The notes under the pieces: model-generated
The model's database searches: none
Told to the model about the DNA's origin: nothing
What the model saw: only the letters and a program-made list of their open reading frames with translations
Made by a program: the position numbers and the translations under genes
In this document: one piece after another, positions 1 to 12,320 of the stretch
Layout of the letters: each line of letters begins with the position of its first letter
How positions within the stretch are numbered: position 1 is the stretch's first letter
Source: Planktothrix sp. GU0601_MAG3
GTDB lineage: Bacteria; Cyanobacteriota; Cyanobacteriia; Cyanobacteriales; Microcoleaceae
Length of the DNA: 64,000 nucleotides
Direction: 5' to 3'
NCBI GenBank assembly: GCA_035193785.1
Contig: CP136572.1
Coordinates: forward strand, 1,056,001 to 1,120,000

Positions 1-306
1 GAAAACTGTAAATTTCGGAGACAGTATAGCGTGGCTCAATTTATAATTGATTTTTATAGTCCAGAAATTAAACTCGCTATTGAAGTTGATGGCGACAGTC
101 ACTTTCAAGAAGGAGCGCCAGAATACGACCGAGAAAGACAACAGTTTATCGAGTCAGCTAGAATTACTTTTCTAAGATTTACCAATGATGATGTATATAA
201 TAATATTTCAGCCGTTTGTGAAGTCATCACAGAAAAAATTCAATCCTTAAGAAATCCTCCAGAAGCCCCCCTTAGTCAAGAAAATCCTCCAGAAGTCCCC
301 CCTTAG
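1..306 (+). CDS. DUF559 / Vsr-like endonuclease-domain protein, 5'-partial; the C-terminus runs into a repeat array and may really end at 422
   Basis: The frame is open from base 1: KFRRQYSVAQFIIDFYSPEIKLAIEVDGDSH...YDRERQQFIE...FLRFTNDDV, which are typical DUF559 motifs (FRRQ, DF, IEVDG.SH, LRF.N). Confidence 0.85.
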   Translation, partial: ENCKFRRQYSVAQFIIDFYSPEIKLAIEVDGDSHFQEGAPEYDRERQQFIESARITFLRFTNDDVYNNISAVCEVITEKIQSLRNPPEAPLSQENPPEVPP

Positions 307-390
307 TAAAGGAAATCTTCCAAAAGCCCCCCCTTAATAAAGCAAATCTTTCAAAAGCCCCCCCTTAGTAAGGGGGGGTTGGGGGGGTAA
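251..390. repeat. Four ~30-32 bp tandem units ending in the palindrome CCCCCCTTAGTAAGGGGGG plus a G-run (PPLSKGGLGGV-coding repeat)
   Basis: The unit aaatcYtYcaRaagYccccYttaRtMaaG occurs four times. The terminal part closely matches 34475-34505. Confidence 0.85.
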
Positions 391-405
391 AACAAATACA
401 ATCAA

Positions 406-2382
406 ATGAACAAAATGACTAACATTCCCGGACTCAAAAAACTATGGACAGAAACTAGAGGTGATCCTAAAATTTGTGTCGCTATACTTGATGGTATAGT
501 TGACCAAAATCACCCCTGTTTCATCGGTGCTGACTTAACCCGACTCCCTAGTTTAGTTTCGGGAGAAGCCAACCAAAACGGCTCTATGTCTGCTCATGGA
601 ACTCATGTTGCTAGTATTATATTTGGTCAACCTGACTCACCAGTAACAGGAATTGCTCCCCAATGTCGAGGCTTAATAATTCCCGTTTTTGCCGATGAAA
701 GCTTGAGACTATCGCAATTAGATTTATCTCGTGCCATAGAGCAAGCTATTAACAACGGAGCGCAGATTATTAATGTCAGTGCGGGACAATCAACCGATGC
801 TGGAGAAGCAGATACTTGGCTAGAAAAAGCTATCCAATTATGCCAAGAAAAGAACGTATTGCTAATAGCGGCAACGGGAAATGATGGCTGTGAATGTTTG
901 CACGTTCCCGCCTCCATGCCTACTGTTTTAGCAGTGGGAGCAATGGATGATCAGGGTAAACCAGTTGATTTTAGTAACTGGGGCGAAGCATACCAAAAGC
1001 AAGGCATTCTTGCCCCTGGAAAAGATATTTTAGGAGCTAAACCGGGCGGTGGTACAACTCGCTTAAGTGGTACAAGTTTTGCTACTCCTATTGTGAGTGG
1101 AGTTGCCGCTTTATTACTGAGTTTGCAACTACAAAGAGGCGAAAAACCTGACCCTCAAAAAGTCAAGAATGCCCTTTTAGCAAGTGCTACTCCCTGTAAT
1201 CCCAAAGACACCGATGATCAAAGTCGCTGTTTAATGGGAAAATTAAACATCCTTGATGCCATAGAATACTTAACAGGAGAAACAATGTCCGAAGAATTAG
1301 AATTAGAAAGCGTAGAGGCTTCTGGTTGTGGTTGCCAAGATACTCAAATCAGTGAACCTGAAATTGATGATGAATTGCAACTAGCATCAGAAATTCAACC
1401 TGATGAAATAGTTGCTTCTGTAACTACCCAAACCCCGATTAATATTCCCTCATTCCCTCAACAAATTACAAACCAAAATACCATGTCAAATCGTAGCTCA
1501 AATTTTGTTACTGCTAGTGAAGCCCCTAGCGAACTCGAAGGCAAAAACTTAGTTTATGCTTTAGGTGTATTGGGTTATGATTTTGGTTCAGAAGCTCGTA
1601 GAGACTCCTTTAAACAGTTAATGCCAGGTGTTAGTATTGAAGGAACAATGATTCCCTCTAATCCCTACGATGCACGGCAAATGGTGGATTATTTAGGGGA
1701 AAATTTACCCGAAGCAAAAGCTTTAATTTGGACACTCAATTTAGAATTAACTCCTATTTATGCCATCGAACCTGTAGGCGGTTTTTCCAGAGATGTTTAT
1801 CAAGTTTTACAATCACTTTTAAGCGGACAAATTCAAGAAGAAAATAACGCTGAATTTGTACAAAGAGTTAGTATTCCGGGGGTGTTAACCGGACGTAGTG
1901 TTAAATTATTTTCAGGACAAGTTGTTCCCGTAATTGAGATTAATAATACTCGTGGTTTATACGGTTGGAAAGTTAACTCTTTAGTTACTGCTGCGATCGC
2001 AAGTGTACAAGCAGAAGCTAGTGGTGCGGAAGAAGATGCAATTCGCCGGACTTTGAGCAGTTTCTTAAATCGGATTTATTACGATTTACGCAACTTAGGT
2101 ACAACTTCTCAAGATCGGGCTTTAAATTTTGCTTCTACTAATGCTTTCCAAGCAGCCCAAACCTTTGCTCAAGCGGTGGGTGCAGGTTATGAATTAGATA
2201 GTATTAATGTTGAAAAGAGTCCTTTCTGTCGTTTAGATAGCGATTGTTGGGATGTTAAATTAAAATTCTTTGATCCTGAAAATAGTCGCCGCGCTAAAAA
2301 AATCTATCGCTTTACTATTGATGTTAGCGATACCATTCCTGTTACCTTGGGTGAAGTTCGTTCTTGGTCAAGTGCTTATTAA
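406..2382 (+). CDS. patA: Cyanobactin maturation protease, PatA family (subtilisin S8 domain plus C-terminal PatG-like DUF)
   Basis: Catalytic triad motifs VAILDG, SAHGTHVAS and GTSFATP. The C-terminal LGYDFGSEARRDSF...RALNFASTNAFQ...VTLGEVRSW is typical of PatA/PatG. Confidence 0.93.
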   Translation: MNKMTNIPGLKKLWTETRGDPKICVAILDGIVDQNHPCFIGADLTRLPSLVSGEANQNGSMSAHGTHVASIIFGQPDSPVTGIAPQCRGLIIPVFADESLRLSQLDLSRAIEQAINNGAQIINVSAGQSTDAGEADTWLEKAIQLCQEKNVLLIAATGNDGCECLHVPASMPTVLAVGAMDDQGKPVDFSNWGEAYQKQGILAPGKDILGAKPGGGTTRLSGTSFATPIVSGVAALLLSLQLQRGEKPDPQKVKNALLASATPCNPKDTDDQSRCLMGKLNILDAIEYLTGETMSEELELESVEASGCGCQDTQISEPEIDDELQLASEIQPDEIVASVTTQTPINIPSFPQQITNQNTMSNRSSNFVTASEAPSELEGKNLVYALGVLGYDFGSEARRDSFKQLMPGVSIEGTMIPSNPYDARQMVDYLGENLPEAKALIWTLNLELTPIYAIEPVGGFSRDVYQVLQSLLSGQIQEENNAEFVQRVSIPGVLTGRSVKLFSGQVVPVIEINNTRGLYGWKVNSLVTAAIASVQAEASGAEEDAIRRTLSSFLNRIYYDLRNLGTTSQDRALNFASTNAFQAAQTFAQAVGAGYELDSINVEKSPFCRLDSDCWDVKLKFFDPENSRRAKKIYRFTIDVSDTIPVTLGEVRSWSSAY

Positions 2383-2447
2383 CCCCCCCCCTACCCCCTT
2401 ATTAATAGGGGGAATTAAAAATAAATAATCAGTAAGGATTAAATCAA

Positions 2448-2655
2448 ATGAGATTACCTATTCTTTCCCCTCCTGTTAAAAGACCTGATGTTATTTATCC
2501 CCATCGCTCTGTAGATGTGGTTAACGGAAACAGAGGAAGAATTATTAGCAATTCGTTTAAAATTACTGCACGGTGCTAACTATAATGATCCCGCAGCTTT
2601 TGCTCACAGAAGCTATCAACAACTTAAATCTTCAGGTTGTCGATGTGGATTTTAA
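2448..2655 (+). CDS. patB: Cyanobactin PatB/AcyB/McaB family protein; absent from the ORF track, with one +1 frameshift at 2527-2531
   Basis: Manual translation: MRLPILSPPVKRPDVIYPHRSVDVVNG/TEEELLAIRLKLLHGANYNDPAAFAHRSYQQLKSSGCRCGF*. It carries the LHGANYNDP signature and lies between patA and patC. Confidence 0.88.
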
Positions 2656-2702
2656 GATAGGTTGTGTATCTGACTTAAATTTAACTAGGAGTTAAGGAAA
2701 TT

Positions 2703-2900
2703 ATGAGCAAGGAAAAAAAGACAACAGCAGAAAATAAAGTAACTGAATCTGTTAGCAAACCCGAAAAAAAAGAAATTCAACAAGATTGTCTGATGACTGG
2801 ACTTTCGGATTATGGTTTCTGGTCACAGCAAGTTAAAAAAGAAGTTGCAGCCCGAAAAGAACCTGATCCTGCATTTCGTCGGGGTCGAATTTGGTGTTAG
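2703..2900 (+). CDS. patC: Cyanobactin PatC/TenC/TruC family protein
   Basis: TGLSDYGFW and C-terminal FRRGRIW motifs; located after patB. Confidence 0.85.
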   Translation: MSKEKKTTAENKVTESVSKPEKKEIQQDCLMTGLSDYGFWSQQVKKEVAARKEPDPAFRRGRIWC

Positions 2901-3058
2901 TTTGGGTGCGATTAAGTGCAGTTAAATTAAAGAGCGATCGCTGTTAATCATAAAAATAGCGATCGCTTTGGGGTTTCTGGTGTAGCAAATCTACATACTT
3001 GCTATCTAAATCCATTGAAACTTTTAGCCCCAAATATTTTTTTAAAAACAAAACCTTC

Positions 3059-3087
3059 GTAGAGACACAAGATTAATGTATCTCTAC
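3059..3087. repeat. GTAG-type REP-like palindrome (gtagagac...tctctac)
   Basis: Inverted repeat between the convergent patC and gap genes; a relative occurs at 40698-40725. Confidence 0.6.
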
Positions 3088-3103
3088 AGAGGTTCAAAAA
3101 CAA

Positions 3104-4151
<1,048 letters not shown>

Positions 4152-4467
4152 TTAAACAGACTTGATGGCTCAAGCTGTCAACTAGAGGTAAACTGTAGCA
4201 TAAGTGTTGATTGTTGAGCTTCTTTCTTTCTGTAATTTTAATAAAATTAGAATTTTAATCTTGATTCGGTGATTTTCAAAGTTGGGTGATATTTGGGATA
4301 ACTCCCATAAGTTTGTTCCTAGGTTAAAGGTTGAAAATGCTGATGTTCCTGATTTTTTTACTGAACGTTAAGAAAGAATAAAAAAGACTAATTTTATCCC
4401 CAACAGTATTAACAAATTGATAAAAAATCTGTACTATTCAAGGGTATAGGATTGGGCTTAAACTTAA

Positions 4468-5623
4468 ATGAACAAACGTAAACGAATTGGCATTCTTACC
4501 AGTGGCGGAGACTGCCCGGGTCTCAATGCGGTGATTCGGGCCGTTGTCAATCATGCCACATCTGAATATAACTGGGAAGTCCGAGGCATTCCCTATGCCA
4601 CTCAGGGGCTGATTGAACGCAAAAGTGTGGTATTAAATTCCTATGGTTTAGAACGACATGGAACCGATCCCCTACTAAGTATGGGGGGAACTATTTTAGG
4701 GTCGATTAACAAGGGAGATACGGAAGGCAATACGGACGAAGTTATTCAGGGATATTATGATTTAGGACTCGATGCTCTGATCGCTATTGGGGGGGATGGT
4801 AGCCTGGCGATTTTGCAGAAACTTGCCGAAAAAGGCAATTGGAATTTAGTCGCCGTCCCCAAAACCATTGATAATGATGTGGCCCATACCGAATTATCCG
4901 TGGGTTTTAACTCCGCCGTCACCACAATTTTAGACTGTTTGGATCGGTTGAGTTATACGGCCGCCAGCCATGACCGGGTAATGGTGGTGGAGGTGATGGG
5001 ACGGACAACCGGACATTTAGCCTTATATTCGGGAATTGTTGGGGGGGCCGATGCCATTTTAATCCCGGAAATTCCCTACTCGATTAAAACCCTCTGTAAA
5101 CGTATTCGCGAGTTACGGAATCTCTGGGGACGGAAATTCGCCATTGTGGTGGTGGCTGAAGGAGCAAAAACCGCCGATGGGGAGAGTCGCTACTATAAGG
5201 ATGCCCTGGGAGAAGTCCGACTGCGGGGAATTGGGGAATATGTGACTGGGGAAATTGAAAAAAATCTGGGGGTAGAAGCCCGGGTCACCGTCTTAGGTCA
5301 TGTTCAACGGGGTGGGGCTCCTTCTGCCTTGGATCGATTAATTGGCACTGCCTTCGGAAAGGTGGCGGTGGATTTAATTGCCCAGGAAACCTACGGGGTA
5401 ATGGTAGCTTGGCATAATAATGCTGTCACCACTGTTTCCCTTAGAGCAGGTATTTGCCGATAGTCCCCTACTCATCGACCCCCAGGGATTTTGGGTGGAA
5501 ACCGCCCGCTCCCTGGGAATTTATCTGGGAGAAGAACTCAATTGTGAAAATATTACTTCGATAAACCCGAATATTAATGGCTTAAAACCTTCCCCCTTAG
5601 AGATAATAACTCAGATTAATTAG
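4468..5623 (+). CDS. pfkA: ATP-dependent 6-phosphofructokinase; +1 frameshift at 5434-5438
   Basis: TSGGDCPGLN, GGDGS, PKTIDND, EVMGR and LGHVQRGG motifs. Confidence 0.93.
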
Positions 5624-5625
5624 GT

Positions 5626-5994
5626 TTAAACAGAGTGTTTTAACCGACGTAAGCGATCAGAATAGCTTTTGAGAATTTCTAAGGCAAACATGGGAGTTTG
5701 CTGAACGGCAAACAGGAATCGAGATTTATCCATGGTGGCTAAAAGACAATCGGTTTTAGCGATCGCCGTAGACGCTCGTGTTCGGTCGGGTTGAATGAGG
5801 GCTCCTTCCCCAAACACATCTCCAGCAATGAGGGTTTCCACCACTTTGCCATTTACCCATAACTGGATTTCCCCTTCGAGAATGCCATACAAAACATCTC
5901 CGGTTTTGCCCTCCTCAAAAATCACTTGATTAGCCAGATACTGCTGTTCTGGCTGTTTTTTAAACAGTTTTACGGTTTCGATGGGCTGTAACAT
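5626..5994 (-). CDS. Stand-alone cyclic-nucleotide-binding domain protein
   Basis: IFEEG...GDVFGEGAL...RASTAIA cNMP-binding motifs with no HTH; likely start MLQPIETVK. Confidence 0.85.
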   Translation of the reverse strand: MLQPIETVKLFKKQPEQQYLANQVIFEEGKTGDVLYGILEGEIQLWVNGKVVETLIAGDVFGEGALIQPDRTRASTAIAKTDCLLATMDKSRFLFAVQQTPMFALEILKSYSDRLRRLKHSV

Positions 5995-6152
5995 AGTGTT
6001 ATCTATTGAATCAGTTGCAATGTACTCTCTTAGATCAATCCTAGGGCAGAATAGGATAGGAAAAGAAAGACGGGGTAATATAGCAATACTCAAACCCCCC
6101 GGAGGTGAACTCTTTTTTTCCCTATAGCAAGATTACCTCTTGCCCAAAACCC

Positions 6153-6190
6153 ATTCGTAATTCGTAATTCGTAATTCGTAATTCGTAATT
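6153..6190. repeat. STRR-type heptamer tandem repeat (ATTCGTA)5
   Basis: Read directly; the same unit recurs at ~30635 and ~30845. Confidence 0.9.
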
Positions 6191-6217
6191 CCCTACTCCC
6201 CGCCATATTAAAATCCC

Positions 6218-7154
6218 ATGCCTAACACTGTTACTGTAACTATTCCCGCAACAACGGCCAACTTGGGGCCAGGGTTTGATTGTATTGGAGCCGCCTTAAC
6301 TCTATACAACACGCTGCGGTTTTCTAATTTAAAAAATACCTCAAGTGAGACTTTAAATATTACGGTTCAAGGGACAGAAGCCGCCGGAGTGCAGACCGAT
6401 GAGAGCAACTTAGCCTATCAAGCCTTTATTAGAGTTTATCAACATCTGGGTCAAACCCCGCCCCCCGTTCAGATCGAGATTGATTTAGGAATTCCTTTAG
6501 CCCGGGGTTTAGGGAGTTCCGCCACCGCCATTGTGGGGGGACTGGTGGGGGCGAATACCCTAGCCGGAAATCCCCTAAATCAAGGAGATATCTTACAATT
6601 GGCAATTGAAATGGAAGGGCACCCGGACAATGTGGTTCCGGCTCTCCTCGGCCATTGTCAATTATCCGTATCCAGAGGGGAAAATGGCATCGGCTGGGAA
6701 ATTTGCCCCATTCCCTGGCATTCCGATCTGGTTTCCAGTTCTGGCAATTCCTGATTTTGAATTATCCACCGCAGAGGCCAGAAAGGTTCTCCCCCAAACC
6801 TATAGTCGGGGGGATGCAATTTTTAATACGGCCCATCTGGGATTATTAATTAGGGGTTTGGAAACCGGAAACCCCGACTGGTTGAGGGTGGCTCTCCAGG
6901 ACAAAATTCATCAACCCTATCGGAAATCCTTAATTAAAGGCTTTGAAACCGTCCGCACGGCGGCATTAACAGCCGGAGCTTTTGAATTAGTGATTAGTGG
7001 GGCGGGGCCAACTTTATTGGCTTTAACCGATGAAATATCCGCCCCGGCGGTGGCCGTAGCGATGACGACGGCCTGGAAACAAGAGGGCGTAAACCCAGAG
7101 GTTAGGGTTTTGCAACTGGATACTCAAGGGGCTATGAATACAGATATTGAATAG
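6218..7154 (+). CDS. thrB: Homoserine kinase; +1 frameshift at 6731-6735
   Basis: PATTANLGPGFD, PLARGLGSSA, EGHPDNV and ISGAGPT motifs. Confidence 0.95.
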
Positions 7155-7162
7155 GAGAAACT

Positions 7163-8465
7163 ATGGTTTTTAATCCTAGTATTATTAATGCCGTTGAAAA
7201 ACTGGGGTATCGAGTCACCAGTGGCGATGTGGCAACCCAAGCCGGAATTGAGCTTAATATTGCCCAACGGGAACTTTTAGTCTTGGCGTCGGAAGCCGGA
7301 GGTCATTTACAAGTTGCGGACTCAGGGGATATTGCCTTTGAATTTCCCCGCAATTTTCAGGCAATTCTGCGGAATAAATATTGGCAGTTAAAGTTAAAAG
7401 ACTGGTGGAATAAAATTTGGAAAGTTTTATTTTATCTGATTAGAATTTCCTTTGGAATTATTTTAATTGCCTCGATTCTTTTGATTGTCGCTGCTATTAT
7501 TACAATTTTGGTTGTGATTAATTCAAATCAAAATAATAATAGTTCCAGTAATAATCGTAGTGGTGGTAGTTGGTTTTGGGTGTATTGGTTTACATCAGAT
7601 TTGCGCTGGTTTTTTGCGGTAGATAACAATAACTATCAACGTTCTAAAACCCAGGGCAGTGACAAGAAAGAGATGAATTTTCTGGAGGCTGTTTTTTCTT
7701 TTATTTTTGGAGACGGGAATCCGAATTATAATTTAGAAGAACGCCGATGGCAAACCATTGCCACGGTGATTAAAAACCAAAAAGGAGCGATTATTGCCGA
7801 ACAAGTAGCCCCCTATTTAGATGAAATTGGCAGTTTCAGTGGCTCAGGAATATGAAGATTATATGTTGCCGATTTTAACTAGATTTGATGGTAGACCAGA
7901 GGTGAGTTCGGAGGGACAGTTAATCTACCATTTCCCGGAATTACAAACCACCGCCAAAGCATCTAATCCTCGGTCGGTTCCTGCTTATTTAAAGGAAAAA
8001 ACTTGGCGATTTAGTTTGGCAAGTTCCGGGCAAATTATGGGGGCAATTGGTTTAGGTTCGGTTAATTTGATTGGAGCATTAATGTTAGGGAGTTTATTGA
8101 AAAGCCCTGAGATTGCTGGATATTTAACCGGATTTTTAGGATTTGTTTATGTAATTTATCCAGTTCTATTGATTTATGGTGTAGTATTTTTGACGATTCC
8201 CTTAATTAGATATTTCTGGGTGCAATGGAAAAATCAAAAAATCAATATTCGCAATACAACTCGCAAAAACAGAGTTAATATTTTGGCTGAGGATAATTCA
8301 ATTATACAGAAAAAACTCAATTATGCCCGTCAGTTTGCCAAGAAAACTGTAATTAATAAAGATGATTTAGCTTATACAACAGAAACGGATTTATTAGAAC
8401 AAGAGGAACAAAATTCTGATAAAATTGATGTAGAATGGCAAAAACGGTTAGATGAATCTGAATAA
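7163..8465 (+). CDS. Conserved cyanobacterial/plastid membrane protein of unknown function; +1 frameshift at 7833-7837
   Basis: RVTxGDVA, FLEAVFSFIFGDGNPN and LIYHFPELQ conserved blocks plus transmembrane segments. Confidence 0.75.
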
Positions 8466-8514
8466 CCACAAAATAGGCAAAAATTAAATTTTATAACGGT
8501 TTAATCAGTGATTA

Positions 8515-9184
8515 TCAAGGTTTAGAAATTAATCCTTTCTGAATTGCTAAAATGGCGGCTTGGGTGCGATCGCGTACCTCTAACTTTTGTAAAATAGCAT
8601 GAACATGACTTCTAACCGTTCCTGATGTAATATGAAGCAAATTAGCAATTTCTTGATTAGTTTTACCATCGGCAATTAAGGCTAAAATTTCCTGTTCCCG
8701 TTGGGTTAAATCATGATCGGCGATCGCTGAATTTTGGGTTTCTCCTGATTCGATATGATCAAACAATGTCCGAATTTCTGCGGTTACGGTTTGATCCCAC
8801 CAAGAAGCACCCGCCGCCACGGAATGCAAGGCTAAAACCAATAAATGGGGTTTCAATTCCTTTTAAACAATACCCCGATGCACCCGCCTTAATTAATCTT
8901 TCAATTAGAATTTTTTGGGAGTGGGAGGTTAAGATTAAAATCGGAATTTCAGGATGGTTTTGTTTGATTTGACGACAGGCTTCTACCCCGCCAATTCCTG
9001 GTAATCCTATATCTAATAATACCACATTGGGTAAATATTGATTGGTCAATTCAACGGCGGTTTCTCCATCGGTAGCTTCCCCAACAATTTTAATTTCCGG
9101 TTCTTTTTGCAAACGAATATTTAGTCCTAAACGGAATAATTCATCATCTTCGACTAATAAAACTCTTAAGACTTTTGATGGCAT
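8515..9184 (-). CDS. NarL/LuxR-family response regulator; +1 frameshift at 8850-8854
   Basis: Receiver domain (LVEDD, LLDIGLP) plus LuxR HTH (LTQREQEIL...TNQEIA...[12 protein letters not shown]). Confidence 0.92.
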
Positions 9185-9216
9185 TTTTTCTAACTTTTTT
9201 CAAAATATTTTGAATT

Positions 9217-10294
9217 TTACAGTTGAATTTCTCCCTGAGCTAGAGCCGGAAGACGAAAACAAAATATCGCTCCATTGGGAATTTTGTTTTCTGCCCAAAT
9301 TATACCCCCATGGGCTTCAATAATTTGTCGAGTTAAGTATAATCCTAATCCTGAGCCTTGAGCTTGGCGATCGCTATTTCCTTGATAAAATCGCTCAAAC
9401 AAATTTGGCAATTCCGCCGGGGTTATTCCTAAACCCTGATCCCAAATTTTCACCACCTGAAAATTAGCTTCAGATTCTAATATTACCTCCACCCGACCCC
9501 CACGGGGAGAATGATTAATCCCATTAATTAATAAATTGCTAAAAACGCGCTGAAGTTGCAGTTGGTCGCCCTTCACCCAGAGAAATCTCCGAAAATCGGA
9601 GTCCCGATAACTTAAACCTAAATAAATGCGCCGGGTTGTGGCTAAAGCCGTCAAAGTTGCGATCACTTCCTCTGCAATTTTTACTAAATTAATCGGTTTC
9701 TAAATTTAGTTTTAATCCCTCCGTATCATTGCGGTAAACATCCAATAAAGTTTGAACTAATTGTAAGCTACTTTGGTGGGAACGTAACATCATATCGAGA
9801 ACTTTTTCTTGAGTCGAATTAATATCACCAAATTGTCTATTTTGAAAGGATTTCAGAGTTTCAATTGCTCCTAAAAGGGGTGTTTTCAAATCATGGGTCA
9901 GAGTTGAGGCAAAATCTTCTCGAACAATGGCTAGTTTGCTGTGAGCTTGGAGTTGAACTTGTTGTTGGGCGATCGCTTCTTCATAATGACGAGCGCGATC
10001 GCTTAACCAACCCGTAACAATTAAGGCAAAAATAGCAATAATTCGATTGGCAACTGTTGCTGAATTGATGATTTCAGAATTCGGAAAAACTAAGTTTAAT
10101 AACGTTAATGAACAAGCCGCTACAGTAACTTGTAAGGTAATCCTCTGATTCAAACGGGGGTGAGCTAGTAAAATAGTAATCGTATAAAGATAACCAAAAA
10201 TATATTCTGCGGGGGTCATATATTCTAATAAAATTACCACCGCAAATAATCCTAAAATCAACCAATGAGTTTTTAAATTATTTTTTAAAATCAT
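9217..10294 (-). CDS. Membrane-bound sensor histidine kinase; +1 frameshift at 9696-9700
   Basis: N-terminal transmembrane helices, H-box THDLKTPL, N-box NLLINGINHS, G-boxes DQGLGI and GSGLGL. Confidence 0.92.
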
Positions 10295-10601
10295 AATTTA
10301 TTTATCAATGAATTACTATTTTTAAATCCACCTTAAAATTACCGTTGAGAGTCCTCCACCCCAAAGATAGTTTGGAGACTAAACCCCTACAATAAAATCT
10401 TACAACCTTGGTGCCGAGTTCTATAGTTATACTTGTCGTCTATATCAATAGGTTTATAATCTTAGGTATAAGTCGCTACAGATCCCTAGTATTTCTGATA
10501 TATATCATGTTCTGATAAAAATTCTACTTTTTGTTAGATGATTTTTTCGTCAAAAAGTAAAATAATAAAATCAAATTTCGTACCTAATCTCGATCATATT
10601 T

Positions 10602-12285
10602 ATGTGGCAAGGCTTTTTTCAAATTGCCCTAACTTTAGGACTATTAGTAGCGATTGTTCCTATTTTTGGAACCTATATTGCTAATGTTTTCTTAGGGGAA
10701 AAGACCTTTCTTGATCCCATACTAAGTCCCCTAGAGCAACTGATTTATAAACTCACTGGGGTTCGTTTCTCTCGGGATATGACAGGTTGGCAATATGCTC
10801 GTGCCATGCTTTTGATCAACTTAGTCATGGGAGTTTTTGTCTATTTGATCATCAGTTTACAGGGAGTTTTACCCTTAAATCCCATGCAATTAAATGCTCC
10901 ACATTGGGATTTAACCTTACATACAACAATTTCATTTTTAACTAATACCAATCAACAACATTATGCCGGGGAAAAGACCCTTAGTTATGCCAGCCAGGTA
11001 CTTGCATTAGGATTTTTAATGTTTACTTCGGCTGCCACGGGTTTAGCCGTTTCTATCGCTTTTATTCGAGGATTAACAGGCAGATCATTAGGGAATTTTT
11101 ATGTTGATTTGATTCGTTCTATTACTCGAATTTTACTACCTATTTCCCTAATCGGTGCAGTCATTTTATTAAGTTTAGGTGTACCTGAAACCTTGGCAGG
11201 GTCACAAATTGTTACCCCCTTAGATGGAGGAACCCAAGTCATCGCTAGGGGGCCAATTGCTCATTTTGAAATCATTAAACAACTCGGAGAAAATGGAGGC
11301 GGTTTTTTCGGTGCAAATTCAGCCCATCCCTATGAAAATCCCAATGGTTTTTCTAACTTAATAGAAACCTTAATAATGGTTAGTATTCCCGCTTCTTTGA
11401 TTTATACCTTTGGCATTTTTACCCAGGACAAAAAACAAGCCTGGTTACTATTTGGCATGGTATTTTTCATCTATTCCAGCTTTATCATTATTACCGCCCT
11501 TGGAGAGTTTCAAGGAAACCCAATTGTTAATCATGTTCTCGGTCAACAAGCTGCGAATTTAGAAGGAAAAGAAATCCGGTTTGGTTGGGCAGAAAGTGCA
11601 TTATGGGCCGTTACTACAACCGGAACAATGTGCGGTGCAGTTAACGGAATGCTGGATTCTTTTATGCCCAATGGGGGTTTTTCTACCCTATTTAATCTGT
11701 TTTTACAAATTGTTTGGGGAGGACAAGGAACCGGAACAGTTTACTTATTCATTTTCCTGATTTTAACGGTATTCTTAACCGGATTAATGGTGGGAAGAAA
11801 CCCCAGAGTTTCTAGGGCGAAAAATCGAAAAACAACAAATTATTCTCGCCAGTGTCATCTTACTGGTGCACCCCATTGCCATTCTAATTCCTGGCGCTAT
11901 TACCCTCGCCTATCCTCAACTTTCAGGGATTTCAAACCCGGGATTTCATGGCATTTCTCAAGTCATTTATGAATATGCTTCCGCCGCCGCCAATAATGGC
12001 TCAGGATTTGAAGGATTAGGGGATAATACTATCTGGTGGAATCTTAGTACCAGTGTTGTACTTTTAGCCGGACGTTATATCCCAATTGTAGCGTTATTAC
12101 TGTTAGCAGAAAGCCTATTAAATAAACAACCTGTTCCCGAAACTCCTGGCACATTAAAAACCAATTCTCTCCTATTTACCAGTGTGACAATGGGAGTGAT
12201 TTTGATTTTAGGAGCCTTAACATTCTTACCTATTTTAGCATTAGGGCCAGTGGCGGAAGCCTTTCAAATTGCTAGTTTCAAATAA
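10602..12285 (+). CDS. kdpA: K+-transporting ATPase subunit A; +1 frameshift at 11797-11801
   Basis: [28 protein letters not shown] and [11 protein letters not shown] motifs. Confidence 0.95.
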
Positions 12286-12320
12286 TCTCTCTGTTCTTCC
12301 TTAAATACCCCTTCAATATT

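Noticed and set aside
2900..3103. Cyanobactin precursor (patE) after patC
   Set aside because: There is no ORF with a PatE leader or AYDG/FAGD-type recognition sequences, only HIP1 and REP-like palindromes.
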